Assembly: GCA_951406725.2 (NCBI GenBank) | Contig: OX597815.1 | Location: 70,680,001 to 70,744,000, forward strand | Direction of reading: 5' to 3' | From: Octopus vulgaris | Taxonomy: Eukaryota | Length of the DNA: 64,000 bases | Shown: piece after piece, positions 38,528 to 53,269 of the stretch | Position numbering within the stretch: the stretch's first letter is position 1 | Layout of the letters: each line of letters begins with the position of its first letter | Notes under the pieces: generated by a model | The model's input: the letters and a program-made list of their open reading frames with translations, nothing else | Database searches by the model: none | Told to the model about the DNA's origin: nothing | Position numbers and translations under genes: made by a program

Positions 38528-38731
38528 TGGGTTGGCCAAAAGTCACCTGACAGTAAAGCAAAACCATTTAATTTCAAAATTAAAACGTAAAATTATTTTA
38601 TATAAGACTTCGCTAATAGACAAACGTTGAAAAAAAACGGCGATTTTTAACTCACAGCATTCAATTATTAGACATTCATAATTGGAATGAATAAATTTTG
38701 ATTTACTGTCGGGTGACTTTTGGACAACTCT
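38527..38731. mobile_element. Tc1/mariner-type MITE next to (TA)n
   Basis: TIRs GTTGGCCAAAAGTCACCTGACAGTAAA / TTTACTGTCGGGTGACTTTTGGACAAC. Confidence 0.75.
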
Positions 38732-38877
38732 CTCTCTCTATATATATATTGAAACTCTGCATTCCAACTTTCAACTGGTAATAATACAGTTCTATCTACT
38801 AAAAAATTTAGCCGACTGCGACGTACCTCGCAGAACAACCAAATTGCTTCTCTGCAAGCCTACATCTCCCCGGTACC

Positions 38878-41695
38878 CAGTAGCGTATCAATCACAAGTG
38901 CCGGCCGGGGCGGATGTTTATTTGGTTGCCACTTGAAAGTTCTAATCAACATTTCAAAAGGCCCAAAATGAAATAATACAGGTATGTGTGTATGCAAAAT
39001 AAGGAGACAAACTGTAGCAGCCATTTATTTCTCTCAGATTTACTTTTATTATGTTTATACACAAAAAATAATAGGACAAATATGTTAAAAAAAGATGAAT
39101 GAATTACAAAAATAAATGATTTACAAATTGATTTTGCGTGTCTACCTCTTCGCGAAATCTTGAATGACTTCATCAAAATTAATTTTATTCGCAAGGTCGC
39201 GCTCTATGGATAGTATTACAATATTTGGCAAAGAATCAATAAGAGTATATTTCTGAATAAACTGAAGAATTTGCAACGGCCTTTCCATGTCTTCAGCGTC
39301 AGCAACCACCAAATAATTTTGCAGCCTTGTCCTTTCAACCAAAAAGTCTTCTCTCTTAATATTCTCATCAAAAGCATCTACATCACAATTACACTCTTTA
39401 TCTAAGAAACGGTGTGAGAAAGGTGTATTTCTTTGCAATATCGTGAAGTCTTTCGAATCTAGAGGTTAATTCTTCAACCAGTCTATCAGTGACAACATTT
39501 CTCTTCTTACCTCAGCGTCGTAGCTGAGAGCGGCGGCATCGATACTTTCTTCGTAGTTCATTCTTTTCTTTTTGCGAATTCGACGATCTGTGCAGATTCC
39601 CATAGAGCAAATTTCGATTGAATAGACCAACGCGTTATCTACTGTTTTGCTTCTGCTTACAAGTAGAGAAGTTTCCAAGGCTGATAGTTTAATGGTACAT
39701 TGTTGCAACTCCAGACCTTTCGTTTGGAGGTACTTTTGAGTGCCATTAATTTGAGAAAGTATATCTCTCCCATGGCCAAAAAAATGACAAGAAAGAAAAT
39801 GACAGCATCACTTGAAGAATTAAAGCTACATCAGATCACGTAGTTACGTTTTCTGCATCTTCACTCAACCGTTCTAGCGAAGCGATGATTTCCGTGAATT
39901 TTTGTAAGTACAATTTCTACTGCATCTGTCCGACTACTCCATCTCGTTTCCGCAGCCCGTTTGACAGTTGCACCAGTTATCTCAATCAAGATATCTCATC
40001 GATGAGTTGAGGTTGAGAAGAATGACAATAAACGGTCAAATGTGCCAAAAACCGTAACTGAATCTGCACCCACAGAAGGTGCTTGCACAGCAGTTAAATT
40101 CAGAGAGTGATAGGGGCATGGTACAAATACAGTCTTTGGATTAACTTCTGTGATGTGCGCTTGAACACCGGATCGATGACCTGCCATTACTGCCGCGTTA
40201 TCAAATGCTTGTCCACGACAGTCTTGAATGTTTATGTCGTCCATTTTTAATTGTTGCAGAATCATTGATGTAATTTGCTCAGCATTTTTGCCTTTCATCT
40301 CAATAAAATGAAGAAAGGATTCTTTTACTTTTACTTCCTTTTCATCTATTTTAACATAACGTAGCACCCGAGAATTTGGTCAATATGAAAAATATGAGTA
40401 TTATAAAAAAATAACGCAATAGTATTTACTCTGTTTAACTACATCGATAACTTTCTTTCTCACTTTATCTCACAGGACGTTCACAAATTCATTCTGAATT
40501 TTTGGTGAGAGATAGGAAGTTGTTAACTTAACAATTTTTACTTTCACCAAATGTTCATGTAGCACTGGATAATCATTTGCCTTCTCAACTCGAATATCTT
40601 CTCTATGGCCTTGTAAAACTTAGCAAGAAACATAATTATGCCCAAGAATCTAGTCAGGATTTGCTTTCATTTCTTTGTTCCATTTTCAACAAGAGTTTGT
40701 TGTTTTTTGTCTATTACCTTGCCTTTTGAAAGGCGAATTTCTAACTCTTTCCACTGAATGAACGCATTCTCATGCGCAGGGCTAGATTCATGTTCTTGTA
40801 TCTTAGGATTCAAATTCCACCAAGATTTGAAACTATCAACTGAGCAAAACTTTGAGTTTTCACTTGAAAATAGCTTACAACAAAACACGGCTTCTTTTGA
40901 TGGAGAGTATATTATCCAAATTCTCAAAAAATTTTCCCCGTTTTGTAAAGTTCGAAAAAAAAAAGTTTCTTGACAGTCTTCTAGTCTCCCCTTTCAGTTC
41001 TGTTATTTGTCCTGGACGTTCACAGTTAATATTTTGCATAGCCTTCGATCCTTGTTGTTCAAGGATTTCCCGAATACCGTCAGCATGATTAAACTTAGCA
41101 GGTCACATCCCAATGTCTTTCAAATTAATATTAGAGCTTTGTTCTTCAGTAGTTGGTGGTGGATCAGCTTCATCGACTTCATCCTCTATCATCTTTTCAA
41201 GTTGCACTTCATTAACATCATCATCTCCAAGACCTTCTACAGTAATACCAGTTTCGTCTAAACGGTCGGGTTTGATGAGAAATTTAATTATGGCACCTTC
41301 ATTTCGCCTTTCTTCTTCTCGTTTTTTTTTTTTTCGAAATGCTGCACCGTTGTCCTTAATTCGCTTCATCTCAAATTATATCAGTGATATCGTAAATTTA
41401 TATGAATAAAATCAAATAGAGTATAGACCAACCTAAAAAATAATCAACTTTCTGAATATCATCGACAGACTGTCTTATCCAGTAACACACAATATTATAC
41501 TGTATCTTACACAATATTAATACACAGTACAAGTTTACAGATGGTAAATTTAATTTTTAAGGAAATTTGAATAGCTAGCATACATTATTAAAGTCTATAA
41601 TATTCATATTGCATTTTTATTAATGATATGTTAATATAAATAAATTGTGCCGCCCGGGTGGACCGCCTTCCCCACCGCCTCTTGGTACACCACTG
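38878..41695 (-). mobile_element. Full-length decayed hAT transposon (ZMYM1/TTF-zinc-finger type transposase)
   Basis: Perfect 8-bp TSD CCGGTACC; TIRs CAGTAGCGTATCAA / TTGGTACACCACTG; motifs W..YSPSKEAVFCC..HE.SPAH, CRGQAFDNAAVMAG, FVPC..HSLNL, INFDEVIQDFA. Confidence 0.93.
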
Positions 41696-42114
41696 CCGGT
41701 ACCTACTTTACACGCATAGCTACATCACTAGAACTATAGAAAAAAAAAACCGCAAGCGATAACGTTTTCTACAGCCACACGTTCCGAAGTTCAGATATGT
41801 ATTTTTCCACAATTCTTCACGGACTCTTATGTATATAGACTCTTATAGAATCTCAAAAATACATTTCTTAGCATGTATTCATTTTTTCTTTCATATTACA
41901 AACAAGCAAAGAACACTCCTTCTGTTCTCATTCCTTATTCATTTCTTTTCTTTACTTTTTATTTCGTTCCGTTAATTATAATTTCTATCCTGCAAGCTTC
42001 TATTTGCTTTCATGATATCACGTTCGTGACCCCACAACCCAATTACGGTCAACTTTAATGCCGCATTCATTCTGTGAAGACGAGCAATTAACACACATGC
42101 ATATTTTTATAATG

Positions 42115-42338
42115 TCCCTTTCTCTTTGATCGGAGAAATTGTATTCACCTCAATAGACGTCATTGATTGGTTGAAGCAAGAAATTAAACAACAAATAGCT
42201 TACAAACAACAGAATTTTTTCAAGAAAGCCAAGAGAAAAAGATGTTTTATAAACACATTCTACCAGTATACGAAGTTTAAAAGTGTTTAGTTACAAAGAA
42301 ATTATTTAAAAAATCTGTCGGTCAAAGCGAAAAGATCC
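42115..42338 (+). mobile_element. Partial copy of the MITE at 63119-63533
   Basis: Shared AATAGACGTCATTGATTGGTTGAA...CGAAAAGATCC. Confidence 0.75.
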
Positions 42339-42594
42339 GGTTTTTTTTTGTATGCGTTTGTTGTTTTCTCAGTTTAATTTTTGCTGGATTATTCTCTGTT
42401 TTCTTAAAAATAATAATAAGCAACGGTCATACAGTCCAATATCCCAAACGTTGATACTAGCACTGATACTGCAAAAGCATTGTAAGACATGGTCTTCTTA
42501 AATGCATACAGCTCTGAGTTCCATATTTTCCGGAGTCTACAGAAATACTTTTTGTTATGCTGGTTCTAGCCGCTGCACCAATGTATGCAACATA

Positions 42595-43081
42595 CCGTAA
42601 ATCCTCGAGTAGAGACCGCAGGGATTTTTAGGGGACTGTACCTCTGAAAAACTTAAACCTTGTGTATAATACGCACCCTTCTCTAACTTGAGTCAAGGAG
42701 GTCTATATAACGTCCTTGGTTTGTAAAAATGTATACGGTAACGTCCTTTATTATTATTGTATATATAACATGATGCAAACGCGTAGCTTTTTTGTGCATT
42801 TTGTTTGCAGAAAATAAAAACAGTAATAACGTTCAATAAATGTTGCTTACTGTATGTTATGGATGATTCTTTTATGACTTCATTGCTTTCTGGTTTAGCT
42901 TAAGGTATTTTCGCGCCCGACATCACAAAATGCGTCTGAATAAACATTGCTGGACAGCAAATAGAGACTCGGACATTGCTTAGAAAATAATTTTTCATTT
43001 TTAACCTCGTATATAGTACGCGCTAGGGATTTTGACCTTTAAATTTGGGGGAAAATGCGGATTATACTCGAGGATTAACAG
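42595..43081. mobile_element. Pogo/Tigger-like MITE
   Basis: TA|CCGTAAATCCTCGAGTA ... TACTCGAGGATTAACAG|TA. Confidence 0.75.
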
Positions 43082-43199
43082 TACTCAGCGATTCCGTGGT
43101 ACTTGTAGCTTTCATCATTAGAGACAGGGGAGATAGACAAGCCGTTGATGTACGACACTCTTTTCTCGGTTCATGCATGAATATTTATCTTGCCCAAAC

Positions 43200-43640
43200 T
43201 CCATTCTTATATTTCGTGAGAATGTTGTGACTAGTTCTGTCTCTTGATGTTCATTATTTTACCAGAATATAATTTCAGGTCATAAATAAAAAATGTGTGG
43301 GTGACATTTATTTTATTCTTTTCTGCAAATCTCAGCATGACAAAGGATTCCCTGCCAGTACAAACAACATTACAGATAAACTGTCGACCTGGAATATGCC
43401 TGTTGATAGCTTAATTCTGTTTACTTTAGTAGTTGTCAGTGATAACTGTGTGGACCGCGTTATGGTCTGTCTTTCAATGGCTTTCACAAAAGCAGCTGGC
43501 CTTTTGGCAAGGTGTAATGATTCTATCATCCATAAGTGAGGCACAGAGTCGAACGCCTTCTTGTAGTGTAGCTATATTGTTAAGAGATTACGGCGATGTT
43601 GCTTGACTTCCTTAAGGGCACCTTTGTTGAGGAGTAGCTG
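43200..43640 (-). mobile_element. Non-LTR RT fragment (R4/Dong-like, RLE type)
   Basis: YKKAFDSVPHLW and GIFQVDSLSVMLFVLAGNPLS motifs. Confidence 0.7.
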
Positions 43641-43908
43641 TATGTATGTATCTATGTATGTATGAGTGTGTGTGTATTTATATGCATGCATATATGTATG
43701 TATAAAAAAGAGATCTCTTCAGTTTGGGTCAGATTTTTTAATTATTTTATTTCCAACTAAAGTTACAAAGAGTGAACCAAACGCCGAGATTTTGGTGCAT
43801 AGCGTTAATCACATACATATACGTATGCACATATATATATTTACACATACATATATATATACATACATATATATATATATATATATACATACATATATAT
43901 ATATATAT

Positions 43909-43949
<41 letters not shown>

Positions 43950-43994
43950 CGTATGCACATATATATATATACATACATACACACACACATATAT

Positions 43995-44048
<54 letters not shown>

Positions 44049-44140
44049 TCACATACGTACATATATATATATACATATACTCATACAGTCAGTAAGACAG
44101 AAAAGAGTGGATACTTAAAAGAGGTATTTTACTTGTGAAT

Positions 44141-44172
<32 letters not shown>

Positions 44173-44832
44173 GAAGAGAAGGAGATGGGAAAGAGAAAGC
44201 GGAATGAACTAAAAACAAAATGCTGCAATTGGCGCGACCCTTTGTTCACTAGGACCAGGTGTTGAAACAATCCTTGTCTCTTTCTCCTCATGAATGACAA
44301 CAAAACACCCGGCTTCAGGATTTGTTTCCCTTACCTTTCATCGCATTGAATTTTTGTTTTGTTATTCCTTTCTTTTAGGTTTTCTTTTTTTTTTTTGTTT
44401 TTGAAGGGAGGGGATACTGTTGGCTTTTATTATTTTTTGTTATGAATTTTTTTACATCTTTGTTTTGCCCCGATTTGCAGAAGGAGACTGTTTTTGTGTA
44501 CACAAGCGTGCACACGCTTAGGCCCCCACTTCTCTTCCCACGCATGCAACGCGCGTACATACAGACAGACTGCCGCACAGACAGGCGGACAAATAGACAA
44601 ACACACATACATACATACATATATGCATTTATACATGCATACGTACAACATACAAGTGTGTGTGTATAATAATAATGAGCTTATTGTACCATTGCCATTA
44701 TGGGTATATACAATATGCTTATATATCCTTTCGTGTCCTTAAATACATACAAGCATGTATATACACGCATACACATAAATAAATCAATAAACATAAGCAA
44801 TAAACTCATGTACAAATATTATATCCCAGAAA

Positions 44833-44864
<32 letters not shown>

Positions 44865-47149
44865 TGTGTGCGTGCGCGAGTGTGTGTGTGTAACTACGAA
44901 GTTTTAATGAAGATACATAAGAGAAATCAAGAACAATGTTTGCTTGATTATTGATATAGCCATTTATTAAGTTGATTATAATATTAATCGTTACAATCTA
45001 TAAGAAATATACAACTTCGTCGAGTTACTTGCATGTACACAGTTTGTAGATTTCCAGTGCATTCTGTATGATAGTAATTTCATCTCTGTAAACGATAAAG
45101 AGAGAAAGACAGAATAAAAAGAATATATGCAAATAGAGTAACAGTTTCGTTCTTATGCTAATGAAAGGACATGCTTGAGGTGAGGAAAATAGCCATGCTT
45201 ATTGGTAGGAACCGAATTAGCAACAGAGATTGATTGATATTTGCTGGCATAAATATAATCTTGCTAGTATAATTAGGTCAACCGAAAATAGTGTTCTACT
45301 TCCATGTCTGCTTTGACCGATGAACGCCTCAAAATAAAAAGAGACAGTTCATTCTTCTTGATCTCTCAGAAGGGCTAAGACAATGGGCCGAGAACTTATT
45401 TGACAATGTGGTAATATGTAGATTCGCTTTCAAAATCTTAGCTTAGCTATTCTATAAGTGTTCACTACACACACACACAAACATATATATCATCATAAAA
45501 CCCCATGGTATGGATTGGACAATTTAATAAGAATCAATAAGCTTGATTGCTGCACCAGGAAACCAGTGTCTACTCTGGTATGGTTTCTACAACTGGATGC
45601 CTCTCCTAACGCCAACCATTCTACAGAATGTAGCGGATGTTTTTTATGTGGCACAAGCACAAGTGAAGTCACTCACAAGACAAGACTGTGTAAAGCAGTG
45701 GTTCCCAAAGTGGACAGTATTGCTTCCCCTGGGGGTGGTGGAAAGTTCCAAGGGAGCATTGAGGAAAAGTGGGGCGGTAATGGAGGTGCGATTCATGTAA
45801 AAAGTGGGGCGATAATGGGGTAGCAATTCATGTAAAAACAACATAATAATGGGTTCATTGCTTTGAATTTACTTCAGAAAGCGGTTTATGTTTGTGATGG
45901 TTAGTTAAGGTGGGGGCACTAGGAATGTGTCTTGGGTGTCAATGACCATGATTTCCGAGGTGCTAATTTACATGGCACCATCGATGAGCATGACTATGAT
46001 GCACAGGTGTCACTTACATGGCATCAGCATTGATCACAACGATTCACAGGTGCCAGAGCTGGCAATATGTGGAGCTGAATCAAACTCTGACCTGATTTGG
46101 TATGGTTTCTATGGCACGATGCCCTTCCTAATGCCAGCCACTTTACAGAGTGTGCTGAGTGCTTTTACCCGGCCCCATACAGGCACTTTTACATAGCATC
46201 ACTTCGGCACTTTTACATGGCACTGCACAGGCGCTTTTACATGGCACTGCATGGTCACTTTTACGTGGCACTGCCATGAATGCTTTACACCACCAGGAGG
46301 ATTGGTCTTAACACTCCTGCTGCAGAGTACAGGTCTTCTTGAGATTGACAAGGCACTGGGCATCTTGGCCTTTTACCATCTCACCTGAAAGGTTCAGCAT
46401 CTTGAGGTCATTCTTCAGTACTTCATTTTATGCCTTTCTGGGTCTCCCACTTCCACATGTTCCATCCACTTTGAGAGATCAGCACATTTTTATGGTGCTG
46501 TCAGCATCCATCTGCATCACATGGCCAAACCAGCACAGTTTTCTCTTTTGCACACAGCAACCAATTCTTCTTATATAGATATTTATAGTAACAGTTCAGA
46601 CTTACACAGAATAGAAATGACAGAGAAAATTAAAGGGGAGAAAGTAAGATGTTATAAGTCCAACAGCTGTTTCTGGGTGCTCAGACATCCAATATAACAT
46701 TGATAGATGTAGTTCATCACAATATGCAAGCCATGATGGAAGCAATCAACAATGGATAAATCAAGCCTCTATCATAAGGGCAGAAAAGATCTTACATTTC
46801 AGATCATGATGCAGAAAAGTAATGATGAAATGTGGGTCTTTTCTTTTTCTTCTTTGTAATCCCTTACACAACTGTGGCCTCAAGGCTTGTTTGTGAGAAA
46901 ATCATATAAAAAAAACAAAGAAATGAACAATTATTAAATTAGGAATTTTAAAAACTTGCACAGAAGCTTATCTTCCTCCTCACCACTCCCATAAACACTA
47001 GAAAAAGATGTAAGAGAGGAAATAGTGTCATCAGATCTCATAAAATTGAACCTCTTGAAATGGTGCATAATAGAAATAAGTAGTCATTTGTCATAATGAA
47101 ACTCCCATTTGACACACACCCTACTTCTGGGAAAACAAGAGTTTGATAC

Positions 47150-47590
47150 ATTTGAGGGTGGCAATGATGGTTGTGATGATAATAATTATGGTGGCAGTGG
47201 AGGTGATGGCGGCGGTGGCAGCAGTTGTGGTGGTGGCAGCAACAGTGGTGGTGGCAGCAGTTGTGGTGATGGCAGCAACAGTGGTGGTGGCAGCAGCAGT
47301 GGTGGTGGTGACAGAAGTGGTGGTAGTTGTAGTGATGGTGGTAGTGGTGGATAATAGTGATGGTGGTTGTTGTAGTGGTCATGGTGATGGTGACAGTGGT
47401 GGTGGCAGTGTGCTGGTGTTGGTGAGTTAATGATGATGATGGTGGCGGTGGTAGCAGTTGGAGGTAGTGGTGGTGGTCATTATAATAATAAGAATGTTGA
47501 TGATGATGATGGAAATGATGATAATAATGATGATGGCTGATAATGATAGTAGTGGTGGTGGTGGTGGATGACAATGAAGATGATGATTGT
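47150..47590. repeat. (GGT/GAT/GCA)n low-complexity trinucleotide tract
   Basis: Seen directly. Confidence 0.9.
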
Positions 47591-47819
47591 CATCAAATGC
47601 ATAGCAATTGCTGAAGGTAATTTTTCCATGATGAAATAATTAAAATGTTTTGACCCAATAGCACGTGTTCTTTAATTAAAAGTCCGTGTGAAATACAGAA
47701 AGATTAAAAACTGGTAAAAGTAAAGAGAACTAATAATGAATCTTGCTCTCTTTTTATTCTTTTCTTTCTTAATTTGTCTGTTTGCTTGTCTGTCTATATA
47801 TATATATATATATATATAT

Positions 47820-48920
47820 CATCATCATCATTGTTTAACGTCCGCTTTCCATGCTAGCATGGGTTGAATGGTTTGACTGAGGACTGGCAAGCCAGGAGGA
47901 TGCAATCTGTTCCAGCAAGGTTTCTACCACTCCGAGAGTGCAGTGGGTGCTTTTTACATGTCACTGGCACAGGGGAATGTCAGGTGGCACTGGCAGTGAC
48001 TATGCTCAAATGGTGTCTTTTATGTGACACTGGCACTGGCCACACTCGGATGCTGCCTTTTATATGCCAGTCAGGCAGCACTGGCATTGGCTACAACAAC
48101 GGTTTCACTTAACTCAACCGGTCTTCTCAAGCACAGCATATTGCCCAATGATTCAAGGATACTTTTAAATGGGCTGGTTATGTGATACTGGCATTAGCCA
48201 TAGCTATGATTTCACTTGGCTTACCAGGTCTTCTCAAGCACAGCATATCTCCAAAGGTCACAGTTGCTTGTCATTGCTTCTGTGAGAGCCAACGTTCAAA
48301 GGTCATGCTTCATCACCTCATCCCAGGTCTTCCTGGGTCTACCTCTTCCATAGGTTCCCTCCACATTTAGGTTGTGACACTTCTTCACACAGCTGTCCTC
48401 ATTCATACGCAACACATGGCCATACCAGCGCAGTCATCTCTCTTGCACACCATATCTGATGCTTCATCCCATGTCTTTCTGAGTCTCCTTCTTCCGCAGG
48501 TACCATCTACTTTATGCACCCTTTATGCAGCTGTCCTTATTCATGCGCATCACATGTCCAAACCAACATAGTCTTCTCTCTTGCATGCTACATTTGATTC
48601 CTCTTATGTTCAACTTTTCTTTCAAAACATTTACATTGTACGCTCTTAGTGCTTATTATTCCTGCACATCTGCCACATACAAAGATGACTTTATCTGTTA
48701 ATCTACTTACAATTCCACTGCACTTCTTGTGTGTCCAAAGTTTACACTGGGTACAGCAAATGGAATTTCTTCCAACTTCTTTCCTACATATTGAGCAGGG
48801 CCACTAACCTGACTGAAAGAGAGTTTTATCTTCTTTCTTACTAAGAACAAGTTTGGTCTTTGCTAGGTTAAGTGTAAGGCACTTTGTTTCTAGGTTTTGT
48901 TTCCATATCTGGAATTTACG
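47820..48920 (-). mobile_element. Decayed RTE LINE 3' fragments
   Basis: (CAT)n tail; reverse-complement similarity to 9080-9787. Confidence 0.75.
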
Positions 48921-50529
48921 TGTGTGTGTGTGTATATATATATATATACACACACACACATACACATAAAGCTACATTAATTATACTCAGTGCCAGATTT
49001 GTAAAGGTGATTGCCTAATGTTGGAGTTAGGTAATTACTCAGCTGTAATGAGTACCAACTAGTTACTGCTCCATCCCTTCTTCCTTCCAGTTGCCATTCC
49101 TTGATGTGTCACCCGGTCAAATGCCAGAGGACCAAGAAAATGTCTATGCCTATTTGCAATTATTTGAGCAGCTAAAGCAATTGCCAAAAGTATGGTAGTA
49201 CATATTTCCAAGCCATCACTTGCTCACAAGTGGTGGATGCTGTATTATATTTTTAGTGTCAGATTTAGATTCATAAGGTACCTTATTAAAAAAATTACAC
49301 TTACACCATGTTTGAAAATAAATAACTTTTAATAATATTGAAGCCCTAGATCCTAGCTTGTTTAGTTTTTGCCTAAATAAGGCACTGGTCTTATAAATAC
49401 ACAAGTGACTACTCAGAAGAATATCTAGGAGTTGGGGTGATGGGAGCAGCATTTTGGGGTTTGCTGCATAAGCCTGTATAGGGTAGTGGGCTGTATAGGG
49501 CTGCCTGGGTGGCCACACACTAGTTATCCCACTGTGGCTACCACATTATCACAGGCCAGATATATTACCATTTTGTACAATTTGCCCATTAACTGGTCTC
49601 CATAGATTCAGTTTCTTAAAAAAAGTCAAGGTGCAGCTGCAGCCTGATCTATCAGTATGTTTACTTCTACATCCAGAGAATAGTTGCCTGTCAGAGTTGA
49701 ACTAAAAAGTGAACTCTTGCACTACCTTGAGCTTGGACTCGTTTATAGCGATGGAACATGGAAACTCCGCACTTTGAAACAATATTTGCCCTCTACAGAT
49801 TTATTGTCAAACTGAATTCATGACAACACATGCAAAATTACCCAGAAAGCTCTGGAGCTTTTCTTCTGTATGGCTGCCTACAGAAAATCTCTATAATAAT
49901 TATTTTGTGTACTTTGCTTTTAGCTTTCAATTAGGACAGGTCTAATAGTCTTTTATCATTTCTGCTCATGGAAGTCTACCCCTTCAGTCAATGTAAATGT
50001 TCAGAAGGGACACTTTAAAAGAATATGCTGAACAAGTGGTAATGCAGACAACTCATAGCCCTGCTGTTGTTGTTAAAAACATGTTTCTTGAAGTAGTGAT
50101 ATCCATAGAGATTTATAGCATAACACACATGAAAACTAGAACTTGTGTACAAATCGTTGCATTTACTGTAAATTATTCTTAAAATTCGTCAGAGCTGTTA
50201 CATTCCAAAGTAAGAATACAATAATGCAGTTTAGCGCCCAAGAAGCAGTGGCAATCTTATCCCATCATCCACAAATTTGAAAGATAACATACATGAGAAA
50301 CGAGGAGAGTTTGGTGGCAAGGAGCCTCAAAGGTCGCTGAAGCAACAGAGCAAAACTAATGCGATATCCCAAACCAGAGTAGAGTTTATAGGTTCAGGAC
50401 ATTCCTTCTAAAATGAAGAATAAGTAAATGTAGTTAGGTATAATCAGTAAATAGAAGGGTTGTCAAGGGAAGATGCTTGAAAATAATACCTTATATTTCG
50501 CCTTGGAACTTTCTCGAGATGATATAGGG

Positions 50530-51668
50530 TAGTGGTTCTCAACGTTTTTTCACTTATGGACCCCTTTAATTATTATTTTATTCTGGTGGACCTCCATAGC
50601 CATTTGATGTTTAAAAACTAGTTTTATAAGCACTTCTTTCAAGATTCCTATTTTGTCATTCACACATTAGCTTGTATAAGTTGAACTATGTAAAACATTG
50701 GAGAAAGAAATTTAGCTGTTTCCTGCAATAAAAACATCTGAATCAGTTTTTCATGGACCTTTAAAATACTGGTCAATATAAAGATCTTGACTCGGGAACA
50801 AAAAAAAAAAAATTATAATAATAATAAACCAGCCTGGTGGATGTTAACAAGTAAGTAGAAAACGAATATGAAAAAAAAAAGTGCGCGTTGACGACGCTGG
50901 TGGGTGGGGAGGGGACTTTCGGAAAATTCATAAGATCCGATTTTTCCGTCATAACTGCCGGTAAAATGGATATATATCGATTTTTTTAACGGATTCCCAT
51001 GTTTTGGTTATGGAGGATCCGATTCTGAAAAAAAAAAAAAAATTTTCAAAAATCGCTTTTTCAAAATTTCAATTCCACCCACTTCATTTTTCACTTTTTG
51101 CGGATTTTTTTTTTTTTTTTTTTTTCGAAATAGGAAGATTACGATTCTGAAAAAAATCAAATTTAAATTTGTGTTTATTTTTTCCATAATCTTAATTTCC
51201 GTATTTTCCCACGTAGATTGATAGAACAAAATTCGAAAAAGTTTTTAAAAAGTTAAAAAAACAAACACCCCCCCACCACCACCACCCTACTTTAATTTCA
51301 TGTGAATTACCTTGTCATATTACTACGGGAAATTACTCTGAAAGAAATCTTCGCAGAAAGGTGAGTAGATTGATTACATTATATTATCGCAGTTTTGTGA
51401 GATTTGGCCGTTATTTCTAGCATGTGGATAGCCTGTATGAAGGCTTTGTTTTCTGTTGAGAAATTGAAATTTTACAAATAAATTTTGTAATATCGAAATT
51501 ATGCCCAATGTTTTTTTCAGAATCGTAATCTTCGCAAAAAAAAGAAAAAAAAAAAAAAATTTCCGGAAAAAGTGAAAAATGTAAAGAGGTGGTGGTAACT
51601 GAAATTCTGAAAATGCGATTTTTGAAAATTTGTTTTTCAGAATCGGATCCTCCATACGTGGGATTTCG

Positions 51669-51704
<36 letters not shown>

Positions 51705-51977
51705 CCATTTTACCGGAAGTTATGACGGAAAAATCGGATCTTGTGAATTTTCCGAAAGTCCCCTCCGCACCACCCCCAGGGTCGTCAGCGCGCATTTTTT
51801 TTCTCATATTCGTCTTCTACATACTTGTTAATACCTACCAGGCTGGTTTATTATTATTTAATTTTTTTTGTTCCCGGGTGAAGATCTTTATATTGACCAA
51901 AATACTACTGTGGATCCCTTTACTATTTTGCCAGCATGGACCCCCAGGGGCCATATGGACTTTGGTTAAGAACCCAA
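50530..51977. mobile_element. hAT-type MITE interrupted by a foldback element
   Basis: Ends TAGTGGTTCTCAAC / GTTAAGAACCC; internal ATGGACCCC motifs on both sides of the insertion. Confidence 0.6.
50771..51898. mobile_element. Foldback/Mutator-like non-autonomous element with ~390-bp TIRs
   Basis: GGTCAATATAAAGATCTT...AAGATCTTTATATTGACC; perfect 8-bp TSD AAAATACT (50763, 51899). Confidence 0.85.
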
Positions 51978-53269
51978 GGTGGTGAATTGTTTTGATTTTT
52001 TTCTTTCTCTTTTCTTCCTTTTTAATTTTTTAAAATTGTTTTCTGTTTTGGTCCAGTTTTCTAATTTAATTTTGTAAAACTGTAAACACCGTGAAGACAA
52101 AATAAAACATTTACATCGTTCTAGAGAATAAATTTGTGGTATATTCAAAATGAACTGATATACATACCTACATACAAACACACACATACATGTATATGTT
52201 CGTCTGTAAGGTAAAACAATAATCGGTATAGCAAAGTAGTAAAAATAGGTTAGATGAAACTATTTTCCATTATTGATCGAGTTAGTGGTTAATAAATGAG
52301 GTCAGTAGTAAGTCAAGAATTCGGGTGCTCTTAGTTGACTCCACGTTCCTTACATTGCTAATGAATAGTTAAGGAATTGTGTTTATTTTTTCCATAATCT
52401 TAATTTCCGTATTTTCCCGCGTAGATTTCCCTATTGTTTGAGTCTTAAACAAGCATGTGTTAATGTAATTAATACAGAGAAACATAATAATTATTAAGAG
52501 GAGATAACTCTCAATTTTTTATTTTATTTCCATATTATAAACATGTTTAAATAACTGGAGGAGTAAATTTATTGCATAGGGCAATATTTTGTGAGTCAGT
52601 GTAATTTGGTATAAGAATATGGAGTAAAAGAAGAGTAATTTTTCAGATTAGAACAATATTTTAAAGAAAAGTTAAAACAAGATAAGAAAAATATTGATCA
52701 GCAAGTCGTAATTATTTTAAAATTTAAATGAACAATATGTAGATTGATTAAGTATGTGTTTCGTATGATATGAAGACGAAACTCTTGACATTTCGAAAAT
52801 AATTTCAAGCGCCAAAATCGAACATTTATTGCGCATGCGTTTTTTCGCGTGCCTACACACACGCAAAAATGTACGATGACGCGCAAAGATAAGCAGTAAA
52901 AGTATTCCAATTGTGACCGTCCCGTCATATAAGAGCGTTCCAAAAGTAGCTATCTCGTCTTCCCAAGTCCCAAACCCCAAATAATGTTACACATTAGATT
53001 ATGCAGTCAATGCTGTAATGCCTGAAAAAATAGAAAAAAACGGGATGGTTATGGGTAAATTGTCTTTGGTCATACATCTGCTCGGTCAGAACTGACCTGG
53101 GGCTAAACAACGAACTAAAGGCTTATTTAATAAGTACGCATTTGTGTGTTTGAGTGGATGTATACATCATGTGTGCGTGTATGTATGAGGAGTTTACTCC
53201 AGGTCGGAACTGTCCCTTAGTGGTCACTCATTCTGCAAGAAATAACAGCCAAATCATTATTAACTTGGG

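Noticed and set aside
46655-46725. Minus-strand GTGATGA...GAAACAGCTGTT hammerhead remnant (also CTGATGA at ~32190)
   Set aside because: Stems I and II cannot be formed; at best decayed fragments
47038-47574. His/Cys-rich and Gly/Ser-rich ORFs
   Set aside because: Open in several frames because of trinucleotide low complexity; no splice or start support
49200-50400. Coding-like composition, possible exons or an old LINE
   Set aside because: No recognisable motif or consistent reading frame
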